A stretch of DNA of 64,000 nucleotides from Terriglobales bacterium (GCA_035508395.1 DATJNC010000118.1:5422-69421); one strand, 5' to 3'; positions 8,903-17,824 are shown, numbered from the stretch's first letter. Numbers and translations are program-made. The notes: a model not told the origin generated them from the sequence alone.

Positions 8903-9649
8903 ATGTCGTGGTATGCGTACTGCCTCACGGAACACCAGACCCTAGCCAACGGTGTCCGTGCCCGCCGCCCCTTCGTCCTCGATGGAATCCAAGGCGTCAA
9001 CGCCGCTCCCGTCATGAGTTATCCCAGTGGTGAATTCGCTGTCATTGTCAGCGAATTCGACCGTGCGACCGGGAAACTCGACGAAAAAGCTGTTCTGGAG
9101 CACGCCCGCGTTGTCAGCCAGAGCTTCCGCACCGCCACCGTTTTGCCATTCCGTTTTGGAACTATCTTCGACACTGAAGATGCCATTCGCCAGGCCGTGC
9201 GCTCCAATCGCCGCACGTTCTGCGAAAGCGTTGCCCGCTTGCGGGGCAAGTCCGAAATGCGCATCAAGCTGATGGTGCGCGATGGCTCGCTCCGTGGCGC
9301 TATGGAGGACATCGTCTTGCCCGATACGGTCGGTCGCGAATACCTCGCCAAGCTCCGCGAGAAGGCATCGCGCGAGCGCGAGCGCCAGACCAAGGCGCGT
9401 GCTCTCTCCGTGCAAGTCCACAAGTTGTTTAACCCCCTCGAAGAGGAAGTCAGCTGCAAGAAAGTCGACGCCGATGGCATGTTGCTCGACATCGCCCACC
9501 TGATTGACAGCAAATCCATCGAGAAGTATCAGAATCGCTACTCGACTGCCGCCAAACAGCTGAAGAATTGTCAGATGGTGGTAAGTGGCCCATGGCCGCC
9601 ATATCACTTCTTGCCCGAAAAGCTGCGCACGGTCGCCGGCGACAGCTAG
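8903..9649 (+). CDS. GvpL/GvpF-family (gas vesicle protein F/L-like) protein
   Basis: YAYCL...GEFAVIVSEFD...VLEHARVVSQSFRTATVLPFRFGTIF...EMRIKLMV... with C-terminal VSGPWPPYHF. I recognise this as the GvpL_GvpF pattern. Confidence 0.7.
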   Translation: MSWYAYCLTEHQTLANGVRARRPFVLDGIQGVNAAPVMSYPSGEFAVIVSEFDRATGKLDEKAVLEHARVVSQSFRTATVLPFRFGTIFDTEDAIRQAVRSNRRTFCESVARLRGKSEMRIKLMVRDGSLRGAMEDIVLPDTVGREYLAKLREKASRERERQTKARALSVQVHKLFNPLEEEVSCKKVDADGMLLDIAHLIDSKSIEKYQNRYSTAAKQLKNCQMVVSGPWPPYHFLPEKLRTVAGDS

Positions 9650-9692
9650 ATCTATCCGGCCGATGTAGTCTCGCAAATCCAAAGTCTCGCAG

Positions 9693-9722
9693 GCCCCCGA
9701 CGCGGTTTCGGGGGCTTTTTGC
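9693..9722 (+). terminator. Intrinsic terminator after the gvpF/L-like gene
   Basis: GCCCCCGA-cgcggtt-TCGGGGGC followed by TTTTTGCTTG, 44 nt after the stop at 9649. Confidence 0.8.
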
Positions 9723-10066
9723 TTGTCTGGAGCGAAACCCCCATGGGTCTCGCCGGAGTCCTTACTTCAACCAATGTGCAGCGATATGCATTCACCTGCA
9801 CTTAATACAAGGAATCAGCGGGTCCCAGCCAAGCCCAAAACCCCCTCTAACCCCATCCCTATGAATAAGTTCCAAAATGGAACAACAACCTGCCCCGCAG
9901 TTACTATTTTGGTTCCGCAAATGCTATCTCATGTCTTAACGAAGAGGCCGCACCGTTGAAACACTTCAATCAACGTTCTCGACATCTCTCCAGCCGTTTC
10001 TTCCCCAGAAGCGGCGCCAACAAGTACTTCCGCTGATACCCGCCATCTCGCCTCTTTAAAAAGGTT

Positions 10067-10092
10067 GGCCCCGCAAGGGGCCGCTTTTTTTT
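10067..10092 (+). terminator. Strong intrinsic terminator with no upstream ORF, 35 nt before the tldD-like start
   Basis: GGCCCC-gcaa-GGGGCC followed by GCTTTTTTTT. An A-run upstream makes it formally bidirectional. Confidence 0.75.
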
Positions 10093-10126
10093 GCTCTCGC
10101 GGCTCCTGTTACACTCGCAGTTTCGT

Positions 10127-11887
10127 ATGAAAGCCGAATTCGTTGTTTCCTTTGCGTTGTTTTGGCTTCTCTCCTTTGCTCCCATCCACAGCCTCGCCGC
10201 AAACCCAAGCTCCCGAGAAGCCGCGCCCGGCAAAGATATTGCTTCCGCCGCCTCCAGCCCCGAGCCCCAGGACGATCTGTTCCTCACCACCCTCGAAAAG
10301 GAACTTCATCGCGGCCAGGCCGAGTTAGCCAAGCAAAATCCCGCGCCCTATTTCACCAGCTACAACGTCACCGACGGCGAAGTTATGGTGGTGATGGGAG
10401 CGCAAGGCGCCATCCTCAACTCAACCCGCTCCCGGCGCCGAACCGTTGATGTAAGCATGCGTATCGGTAAGCCCGAACTTGATAACACTCACGACACCGA
10501 CCGCAGCTCAGGCATCACCACTGGTCCACTCCCAGTCAAAGACGATCCCGATGCCATGGCCCGCACTCTTTGGCTTCTCACCTATTCGGAATACCGCAAA
10601 GCCCGTCAGGCTTACTCAAACGTCGAGACTAAGGCCGCGGTCCGCGCCAAAGATGAAGACGATTCACCCGACTTTTCGGTGGAGAAACCATCCATTTACA
10701 TCCAGAAGCCGCTCTCCACCGGCCTTCCCGACCAGAAAGCCTGGGAGGATCTCGCGCGCCGTTATTCCGCCGCCTTCCGTCATTATCAGATCGAAGAATC
10801 CCTCGTATATCTCTACGGCGAAAAAGATCGCAGCTATCTCGTCTCCACCGAAGGTACGAAGATCGTTACCTCCGACATCATCTTTCGCATCATGATCGAA
10901 GGTGGAGTCCTGGCCGACGACGGCATGCACCTCGAGCGCGTCGAAACCTACCAGTATTCCGACCCTTCAAAGTTTCCCTCGCAGGCCGAAGTCGATGCGA
11001 CGGTCAAAAAAATCGCCGATGACTTGAACGCATTGCGCGTCGCCCCGCTAGCAGAGCCCTATAACGGTCCCGCGCTGCTTTCCGGACGAGCCTCCGCCGT
11101 CTTCTTTCACGAAGTCCTAGGCCATCGCGTCGAAGGCCAGCGCCAGCGGGGCCGTGACGAAGGCCAGACCTTTACCAAGAAGGTCAACGAAAAAATCCTC
11201 CCAGACTTTCTCAGCGTCACCGACGATCCAACTCTTCGCACCCTCAATGGTACCGAGCTTTCCGGCTACTACCGCTATGACGACGAGGGCACGCCGGCGG
11301 AGAAGGTTGACGTCGTCACCGAGGGCGTTTTGAAAAATTTTCTGATGTCTCGGATGCCGGTAAAGAACTTCAATAACTCCAATGGCCATGGCCGCGCGCA
11401 GTCCGGCCGAATGCCTGTTGGCCGTCAGGGCAATCTGATCGTCACCTCGTCCAAGACTGTTCCCGATCCGCAATTGCGGTCCCGCTTCATTGATGAGATC
11501 AAGAAACAGGGCAAGCCCTACGGCCTCTACTTCGAAGACATTCAGGGAGGGTTCACCCTCACCACTACCGACCTTCCGCAGGCCTTTCAGGTTCTGCCGG
11601 TTATGGTGTGGAAGGTCTACCCCGATGGCCACCCTGATCAACTGGTCCGCGGCGTCGACATTGTCGGCACGCCTCTCACCGTCCTGACCTCCATCGAAGC
11701 CACCGGCAACACCACCAGCGTTTTCAATGGCATTTGCGGAGCGGAGTCCGGAAGCGTCCCCGTCTCGGCCGCTGCACCCGCCATGCTCTTTAGCGCTATC
11801 GAAGTACAGAAGCGTAAATACGGCGACACCCGCCCGCCGATTCTTCCGCCACCTCCTGGCGCTGAGCCAGCGGGAGGAGGACAATGA
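10127..11887 (+). CDS. TldD-like metallopeptidase (TldD/PmbA family) with N-terminal signal-like segment
   Basis: HEVLGHRVE (HExxxH), YRYDDEGTPAEKVDVVTEGVLKNFLMSR, SNGHGRAQ. The ATG at 10127 gives MKAEFVVSFALFWLLSFAPIHSLAA. Confidence 0.8.
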   Translation: MKAEFVVSFALFWLLSFAPIHSLAANPSSREAAPGKDIASAASSPEPQDDLFLTTLEKELHRGQAELAKQNPAPYFTSYNVTDGEVMVVMGAQGAILNSTRSRRRTVDVSMRIGKPELDNTHDTDRSSGITTGPLPVKDDPDAMARTLWLLTYSEYRKARQAYSNVETKAAVRAKDEDDSPDFSVEKPSIYIQKPLSTGLPDQKAWEDLARRYSAAFRHYQIEESLVYLYGEKDRSYLVSTEGTKIVTSDIIFRIMIEGGVLADDGMHLERVETYQYSDPSKFPSQAEVDATVKKIADDLNALRVAPLAEPYNGPALLSGRASAVFFHEVLGHRVEGQRQRGRDEGQTFTKKVNEKILPDFLSVTDDPTLRTLNGTELSGYYRYDDEGTPAEKVDVVTEGVLKNFLMSRMPVKNFNNSNGHGRAQSGRMPVGRQGNLIVTSSKTVPDPQLRSRFIDEIKKQGKPYGLYFEDIQGGFTLTTTDLPQAFQVLPVMVWKVYPDGHPDQLVRGVDIVGTPLTVLTSIEATGNTTSVFNGICGAESGSVPVSAAAPAMLFSAIEVQKRKYGDTRPPILPPPPGAEPAGGGQ

Positions 11888-13539
11888 GGCCAGCTATCTT
11901 CCGGTCCTTTGCATTCCTGGTCGCAATCTTCATTGTTGCTCTGCGATTGCCTGTTTCTGCCGCCTCCCTCGACGATCCTCTCCTTCGCGCCATGCAGGAA
12001 GAACTCGATCGCTCCAAGGCCAAACTCAAGATGGATCCCGTCGCCGCGCCGTACTACGTCGAGTATCGCGTCACCGATCTCGACGTCTACGACGCCAGCG
12101 CCCGCTTTGGCGCATTGATCGCTGAGCAGCGCGCCCGCAGCCGCTATCTGCGCGTCGTCGTTCGCATCGGAGATTACAAACAGGATAGTTACTACGGAAC
12201 TGGCGAAGGCACCGTCGATATCGTTCCGGTCGACGGCGATGTCTACGCCATCCGCCATCGCCTCTGGCTCGCAACCGACCGGGCCTACAAGGCCGCCGGC
12301 GAGGCGCTCGCCGCCAAGCAAAGTGCGCTCAAGCAGATGACCATCGATCAACCCGTCGACGATTTCACTCCGGGCAGAAGCGGAGAGCTGATCGAGCCGC
12401 TCGTTCACTTATCCAGCAGCGATTTTGCGCCCTGGCTGAACCTGCTCGAAGAATCTTCCAATCTCTATCGTACCGACCCTCTCGTGCAGAATCTCGAGTC
12501 CTCGGTTCACTTCGTCGCCCAAAACACTTACCTCGTGAACTCCGAGGGCTTGACCGCGCGCACCGGCACTACGAATTATGTGATCGGCGTCGCCGGCGCC
12601 ACCCAGGCTCCCGACGGTCAGTGGCTCCAGCGCTCCCATCAGGATGATGCCGTCGATCCCACCGGCCTTCCCGCGCGCGACCAATTTCTCAAGACCACAA
12701 CCCGCATGCTAGAGACCCTGAAACTTCTCCGCGACGCGCCCCTCACCGATGAGGAATACCGCGGCCCCATTCTTTTTTCCAACGACGCCGCCTGCACCGT
12801 CGTCAACGAGCTGATTCAGCCCAATCTCCTCGGCAAAAAACCACGTCTCGGAGAAAACGGCCGCACCACTGGCTTTTGGTCGAGCAGCTACAAAGAGCGC
12901 GTCTTGCCCGCCTTCATCAATGTCGTCGATGATCCGACCATCTCGACTCTCGCCGGCCGTCCCGTGATCGGCCATTACTCTCTCGACGACGAAGGCGTCA
13001 AGCCGCAACGGGTCTCCCTTGTCGAGAACGGCAAACTCGTTTCCTACCTCACGGGCCGTCAGCCCATTCGCGACTTCCCCGCGTCCAACGGTCACGCGCG
13101 CGGACCAGCCACCGCCAGCCCATCAGCCGCTCCCGCCAATCTGATTCTCACTTCAAGCCAGCCCCAACTCGATTCTGCCCTCAAGAGCAAACTGATCGAC
13201 CTCGCCAAGCAACGCGGCCTTCCCTACGCGCTCTACGTCGAGACCATGGGCCCGCGCCTTGACCCGCGCCTCATTTACCGCGTCTACACCAGCGACGGCC
13301 ACCAGGAGTTAATTCGCGGCGCAGTCTTCGGAGACCTCGATGTGCGCTCCTTGCGTAGTGAACTCATCGCCGCTGGCGCCGTGCCCGATATCGAGGATCA
13401 CATCGAATCCATTCCCTACAGCATTGTCAGTCCCGCTCTTCTGTTCGACGAGCTACAAGTCAAGCGCACCCCCGCGACCAAACAAGCGCTGCCCGAGTAT
13501 CCGGCTCCCGCCCTGACCGACGTCGCGCAGCAAAAGTGA
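11884..13539 (+). CDS. PmbA/TldE-like partner protein (TldD/PmbA family, no HExxxH) with N-terminal signal-like segment
   Basis: ATGA overlap with the upstream gene. YSLDDEGVKPQRVSLVENGKLVSYLTGRQP...SNGHARG. The position equivalent to HExxxH reads VNELIQPN. N-terminus MRPAIFRSFAFLVAIFIVALRLPVSAAS. Confidence 0.75.
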   Translation: MRPAIFRSFAFLVAIFIVALRLPVSAASLDDPLLRAMQEELDRSKAKLKMDPVAAPYYVEYRVTDLDVYDASARFGALIAEQRARSRYLRVVVRIGDYKQDSYYGTGEGTVDIVPVDGDVYAIRHRLWLATDRAYKAAGEALAAKQSALKQMTIDQPVDDFTPGRSGELIEPLVHLSSSDFAPWLNLLEESSNLYRTDPLVQNLESSVHFVAQNTYLVNSEGLTARTGTTNYVIGVAGATQAPDGQWLQRSHQDDAVDPTGLPARDQFLKTTTRMLETLKLLRDAPLTDEEYRGPILFSNDAACTVVNELIQPNLLGKKPRLGENGRTTGFWSSSYKERVLPAFINVVDDPTISTLAGRPVIGHYSLDDEGVKPQRVSLVENGKLVSYLTGRQPIRDFPASNGHARGPATASPSAAPANLILTSSQPQLDSALKSKLIDLAKQRGLPYALYVETMGPRLDPRLIYRVYTSDGHQELIRGAVFGDLDVRSLRSELIAAGAVPDIEDHIESIPYSIVSPALLFDELQVKRTPATKQALPEYPAPALTDVAQQK

Positions 13540-13815
13540 TCCTGGGAGTTCCCAGGCAGCTCTTGCAGGGGCTTGGGCAGTGGACCGAATGATCGGAGAA
13601 TTGATAATTTTCTCCGTGCCTCCATGGTAGATTCGCTCTGCAACGCAATCCGCGCTTTGCATTCCCCTCCGCAGCGAATTTCCTTTTCCTGCATCTAAGA
13701 TCTCTTGGCATGCGTCGCCCAGTTGACGCCCGTTCCAATCGGCGCATACCATATTCGTTTGACTTTATGGCCGGAAAGTTCTCGTGTGAGACACGGGTTG
13801 GCAGCGGAAGCAATC

Positions 13816-14181
13816 ATGGATAAAAAGAAACTGGAAACCTTCAAGAAGCGGCTCGAGACTCGGCAGCAGGAATTGCGCCACATGGTCACTCGCAATCAAA
13901 AAGATGGACGCGCAGCCGACGACGAAGCCACGCAAGATGTCGCCGATCGCGCCGCGAGTTCCTATACCAAAGAGTTTCTCTTCAGCCAGAGCAACAACGA
14001 TCGTGCGCTCCTCAACATGGTCGAAGGTGCCTTGGCCCGCATCCGCGAAGGCAGCTTCGGAGAGTGCGTCTCCTGCGGCAAAGAAATCAACTCCAAACGC
14101 CTCGAAGCCGTTCCCTGGACCCGCCACTGTATCGAGTGTCAGGAGAAAGCTGAACAGGGCCTTCTCGAGGCCGCCCAATAG
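13816..14181 (+). CDS. dksA: DksA/TraR-family C4 zinc-finger transcription factor
   Basis: MDKKKLETFKKRLE... coiled-coil region, then CVSCGKEINSKRLEAVPWTRHCIECQ. In-frame ATG at 13816. Confidence 0.8.
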   Translation: MDKKKLETFKKRLETRQQELRHMVTRNQKDGRAADDEATQDVADRAASSYTKEFLFSQSNNDRALLNMVEGALARIREGSFGECVSCGKEINSKRLEAVPWTRHCIECQEKAEQGLLEAAQ

Positions 14182-14462
14182 GTTCCCGGTGGAGAGCGTC
14201 CCCACCCGGCCCTGATCGAGCAAGTGCTTCGACACATTTGTCATCCCCAGCCGAAGTCTGGGCCGGCCGAGTGAGGACAAGGAGAGGGACTTCGTGTCTC
14301 TTGGGATAACCGTAACCAATTGAATCTGCTGTGGTTGGACCGACCATCATCATTCGCTTTTCTCCTCGCCCCCGCAGGGCATCCAATGGTATGATTTTTG
14401 AACCCCCCTCTACGTTGGCCGGGGTGGCCTGCGAGGAGAATTTAACCCAAAGGGTATCTGTC

Positions 14463-14540
14463 ATGACTTGGACAACGCCGGTTTTCGAAGAAGTCGTTCT
14501 CTGTTGCGAAATCAACTCCTACGTAAGCGCGAAACTCTAA
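14463..14540 (+). CDS. pqqA: Pyrroloquinoline quinone precursor peptide PqqA (25 aa)
   Basis: MTWTTPVFEEVVLCCEINSYVSAKL carries the W-x2-P N-terminal pattern and the E-x3-Y (EINSY) cross-link motif. It ends 9 nt before pqqB. It is the 3' part of track ORF 14331..14540. Confidence 0.8.
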   Translation: MTWTTPVFEEVVLCCEINSYVSAKL

Positions 14541-14549
14541 CCCTCGTCA

Positions 14550-15545
14550 ATGCACCTTCGCATCCTCGGTTCGGCCGCCGGGGGAAGGTTCCCGCAGTGG
14601 AATTGTGGCTGCGAGAACTGCGCCGGGGTGCGTGAGAACGCTCGTGACAACGCCCGTAAAAACGCGAGTGCTGATCCCCGCAGCGATGTAGGCATGCATG
14701 AGGAGCGACACGCGTTTTCCGCCAAAACTCGCACCCAGGCCCAGCTGGCGCTGAGCGCCGACGGCTCCTCCTGGTTTCTCGCCGGAGCCTCTCCCGATCT
14801 CGCCTCTCAAATCGAAGCTACTCCCGCGCTCCATCCTCGCTCCCGCCGCGATTCGCCCATTGCCGGAGTCGTTCTCGCCTCAGCCGATCTCGACCACGTT
14901 CTCGGATTGCTTCTGCTGCGCGAACTGCAACCTCTGCGCGTTTATGCCGCGCCGTCGATTCTGCGAATTCTTCGCGAAGAAAACAGCATGTTCAGCATGC
15001 TGAATCGCGCCGACCCGCAAGTCGTCTGGAGCGCCATCAATCCCGCAACGACATTCCCCCTGCAAGACGCCGCTGGCAACGACCTCGCCCTATGTTGCGA
15101 ACTCTATCCTCTCGACGGCCGCTATCCGAAATATGTGCGCACGAAAGACCTCCCGTCCGAAGACGCGACCTTGGCCCTTTTCTTTACTTCGAAATCCGCC
15201 ACCTCGAAGACGGGCGCGCGCATTGCCTATCTTCCCGCCGTCGGCCAACTCGACGATTCACTCCTCGCCAAACTCGATGGCCTCGATGTTCTACTCATCG
15301 ACGGAACCTTCTGGAGCGACGACGAACTTTCCCGTCACGACCCTGCCGCGGAGCGCGCCCAGCAGATGGGACACATCCCGGTTGAAGAAAGTTTGCGCCT
15401 GCTGAAAAATATCAATGTCGGGCGCCGCATCTATATTCACATCAACAACACGAACCCGATCCTGAACGAAGCCGGGCCCGAGCATCGCGCCGTGCTCGAC
15501 GCCGGTTTCGAAATCGCGGAGGACAATTGGCATCTGGAACTATAG
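14550..15545 (+). CDS. pqqB: PQQ biosynthesis protein B (metallo-beta-lactamase fold)
   Basis: MHLRILGSAAGGRFPQWNCGCENC is the canonical PqqB N-terminus; the gene sits between pqqA and pqqC. Confidence 0.9.
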   Translation: MHLRILGSAAGGRFPQWNCGCENCAGVRENARDNARKNASADPRSDVGMHEERHAFSAKTRTQAQLALSADGSSWFLAGASPDLASQIEATPALHPRSRRDSPIAGVVLASADLDHVLGLLLLRELQPLRVYAAPSILRILREENSMFSMLNRADPQVVWSAINPATTFPLQDAAGNDLALCCELYPLDGRYPKYVRTKDLPSEDATLALFFTSKSATSKTGARIAYLPAVGQLDDSLLAKLDGLDVLLIDGTFWSDDELSRHDPAAERAQQMGHIPVEESLRLLKNINVGRRIYIHINNTNPILNEAGPEHRAVLDAGFEIAEDNWHLEL

Positions 15546-16306
15546 TCGACACCGCTTCACCGAAGCTCACCTTCGACGAACTCAAAACGGCGCTGCGCCA
15601 GGTGGGAGCCGAGCGCTACCACCACCAACATCCTTTTCACGTGCTCATGCACGAAGGCAAGCTCACCCGCGGACAGCTCCAGGCGTGGGCACTCAATCGC
15701 TATTACTATCAGTCCATCATTCCCATCAAAGATTCGATCATTCTTTCTCGCTCCACCGATCCCGCCTTCCGCCGCGCCTGGCGCAAACGCATCCTCGACC
15801 ACGACGGAGACGAAACTCGCAACGGTGGCATCCTCCGCTGGATCAAGCTCGCCGAAGCCACCGGCCTCGATCGCGATCGCGTCATTCGCGCCGAAGGAAT
15901 TCTGCCCGCCACACGCTTCATCGGAAACGAATATCTGAATCTCGTCCGCACGCGCCCGTTCGTCGGGTGCGTCGCCAGCTCTCTCACCGAATTGTTCTCG
16001 CGCGACCTCATCGCCCTTCGCATGGAAAAGCTGCGCCAGCACTACCCATGGCTCTCGAACGGGCTCGATTATTTCGAAGCCCGCTTAACCGAAGCTCCAG
16101 AAGATGCCGCTTTTGCCATCCAGTATGTCTTCGACCACGCCCCAACGCGCGGCGAACAAGAAGGAGTGATCCAGGCTCTCCGCGACAAATGCGACATCCT
16201 CTGGGCCCAACTCGACGCACTCTACTTCGCCTACGTCGAGCCTGGCTGGCCATCACCGGGTGCGTTTCGCATCGAAGAAGGAAGTGACAGAGGTGTCCGT
16301 GGCTGA
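15527..16306 (+). CDS. pqqC: Pyrroloquinoline-quinone synthase PqqC
   Basis: RYHHQHPFHVLMHEGKLTRGQLQAWALNRYYYQ..IPIKDS.ILSR. Start uncertain (TTG at 15527 overlaps the pqqB end). Confidence 0.9.
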   Translation: MASGTIVDTASPKLTFDELKTALRQVGAERYHHQHPFHVLMHEGKLTRGQLQAWALNRYYYQSIIPIKDSIILSRSTDPAFRRAWRKRILDHDGDETRNGGILRWIKLAEATGLDRDRVIRAEGILPATRFIGNEYLNLVRTRPFVGCVASSLTELFSRDLIALRMEKLRQHYPWLSNGLDYFEARLTEAPEDAAFAIQYVFDHAPTRGEQEGVIQALRDKCDILWAQLDALYFAYVEPGWPSPGAFRIEEGSDRGVRG

Positions 16307-16601
16307 CTCGAAACCAGAAGCGGTTAGCACTGACCTCACCGACTCCAGTATTCCCAGACTCGCTGCCGGATGCCGTTGGGGAGGCACTCCCGAAGCTCCG
16401 GTTGTCCTCTTTCCCGAAGGCGCCATCAAAGTCGAGGGCACCGGCCGTGTCATCCTCGAACTCTGTACCGGCCAGCTCTCCGTGGGCGAGATCGTCCAGA
16501 AGCTCGAACAGCAATTCATTCTCGCCCCGCCTGGTAAGATCCGCGCCGACGTCATTAGCTTTCTCGAGAAACTTCACGCCAAACGGATCCTCGACTATTG
16601 A
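16260..16601 (+). CDS. pqqD: PQQ biosynthesis peptide chaperone PqqD
   Basis: PRLAAGCRWGG...VVLFPEGAIKVEGTGRVILELCTGQLSVGEIVQKLEQQF. The likely start is the in-frame GTG at 16299, which overlaps the pqqC stop (GTGGCTGA). Confidence 0.85.
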   Translation: MRFASKKEVTEVSVADSKPEAVSTDLTDSSIPRLAAGCRWGGTPEAPVVLFPEGAIKVEGTGRVILELCTGQLSVGEIVQKLEQQFILAPPGKIRADVISFLEKLHAKRILDY

Positions 16602-16605
16602 TTCA

Positions 16606-17748
16606 ATGACTCACCCTCTCGCCCTCATTGCCGAGATCACCCATCGCTGTCCGCTTCACTGCGTCTACTGCTCGAATCCACTCGAGCTGACCGCTCGAAG
16701 TTCCGAGCTCACCACCGCCGATTGGCTCCGAGTCTTCGAGCAAGCTGGCGCGCTCGGCATGCTCCACCTCCACCTCACCGGCGGAGAGCCGCTCGCTCGC
16801 CCCGATCTTGCCGAACTCATCGCCGCCGCGCGCAAGTCGCGCCTTTACACCAATCTCATCACCTCCGGCGTCGGCCTTTCCCAGGATCGCCTCCGCCAGC
16901 TTGTCGATTCCGGCCTCGACCACATTCAGCTCAGCTTCCAGGACACCGACGAAACCAGCGCCAACTGGATCGCAGGCGCTCGTGCCCACGCCCACAAGCT
17001 CGAACTCGCCTCCTGGATTCGCGAGCGCCGTCTCGCCTTCACCGTCAATCTGGTCGTCCACCGCCAGAACATCGACCACCTCGACCAGATGATCGCCGCG
17101 CTCGAAGCCCTCAATCCCGACCGCATGGAGATCGCTCATGCCCAGTATTACGGTTGGGCGCTCCGGAACCGCGCCACTTTGCTGCCCACCCGCGCCCAGC
17201 TTGATCGCGCACTTACTGTTGTCTCCGCAGCCGAACAGCGCCTGAAGGGCCGCGTTCGCATCGACATGGTCGTCCCCGATTACCATGCCCGCTATCCCAA
17301 AGCCTGCATGGGAGGCTGGGGACGCCAGCTCTTCCTCATCGATCCTGCCGGCCGCGCTCTCCCCTGTCACGCTGCCGGCGTGATTCCCGGCCTGCGGTTC
17401 GACAATGTCCGCGATCGATCGCTCGAGTGGATATGGACCAACTCCGAGGCGTTCTGCCGATTCCGCGGCGAGGACTGGATGCCAGAACCGTGCCGCTCCT
17501 GCGATCGCCGCAAGGAAGACTTCGGCGGCTGCCGCTGCCAGGCCTTCCTACTGACTGGAGACGCGACCGCAACCGATCCCGTCTGCGAACTCGCGCCTAT
17601 GCACCACGTGATCGAAGCCGCCGTGCGTGACGAAGCCTTCGTTGACGAGAACTCGTCAGCTTCGGCTCCCAAAGCGGAGGAAGCTCCCTTCCACGTCTTG
17701 CAGGAGAAGATGTCCAGGTTCTGGAGCTATCGCACCGACCCGAAGTGA
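16606..17748 (+). CDS. pqqE: PQQ biosynthesis radical SAM enzyme PqqE
   Basis: MTHPLALIAEITHRCPLHCVYCSNP (CxxxCxxC) and a C-terminal SPASM-type Cys cluster (CHAA..C..CDRR..DFGGCRCQA). In-frame ATG at 16606, 5 nt after the pqqD stop. Confidence 0.9.
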   Translation: MTHPLALIAEITHRCPLHCVYCSNPLELTARSSELTTADWLRVFEQAGALGMLHLHLTGGEPLARPDLAELIAAARKSRLYTNLITSGVGLSQDRLRQLVDSGLDHIQLSFQDTDETSANWIAGARAHAHKLELASWIRERRLAFTVNLVVHRQNIDHLDQMIAALEALNPDRMEIAHAQYYGWALRNRATLLPTRAQLDRALTVVSAAEQRLKGRVRIDMVVPDYHARYPKACMGGWGRQLFLIDPAGRALPCHAAGVIPGLRFDNVRDRSLEWIWTNSEAFCRFRGEDWMPEPCRSCDRRKEDFGGCRCQAFLLTGDATATDPVCELAPMHHVIEAAVRDEAFVDENSSASAPKAEEAPFHVLQEKMSRFWSYRTDPK

Positions 17749-17824
17749 GCTGGCTTTGCGCTCCGGAAATCGCCCTGATAAACTGGTTTTTTGCCATCCT
17801 ACTGATAACCCTAAAAGGAAGCGT

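Noticed and set aside
9723-9959. 78-codon ORF, and a 32-codon ATG ORF (MNKFQNGTTTCPAVTILVPQ...), in the gvpF-to-tldD spacer.
   Set aside because: Neither has a ribosome-binding site, the first has a non-ATG start, and the composition is not protein-like. The region is treated as non-coding leader or sRNA candidate instead.
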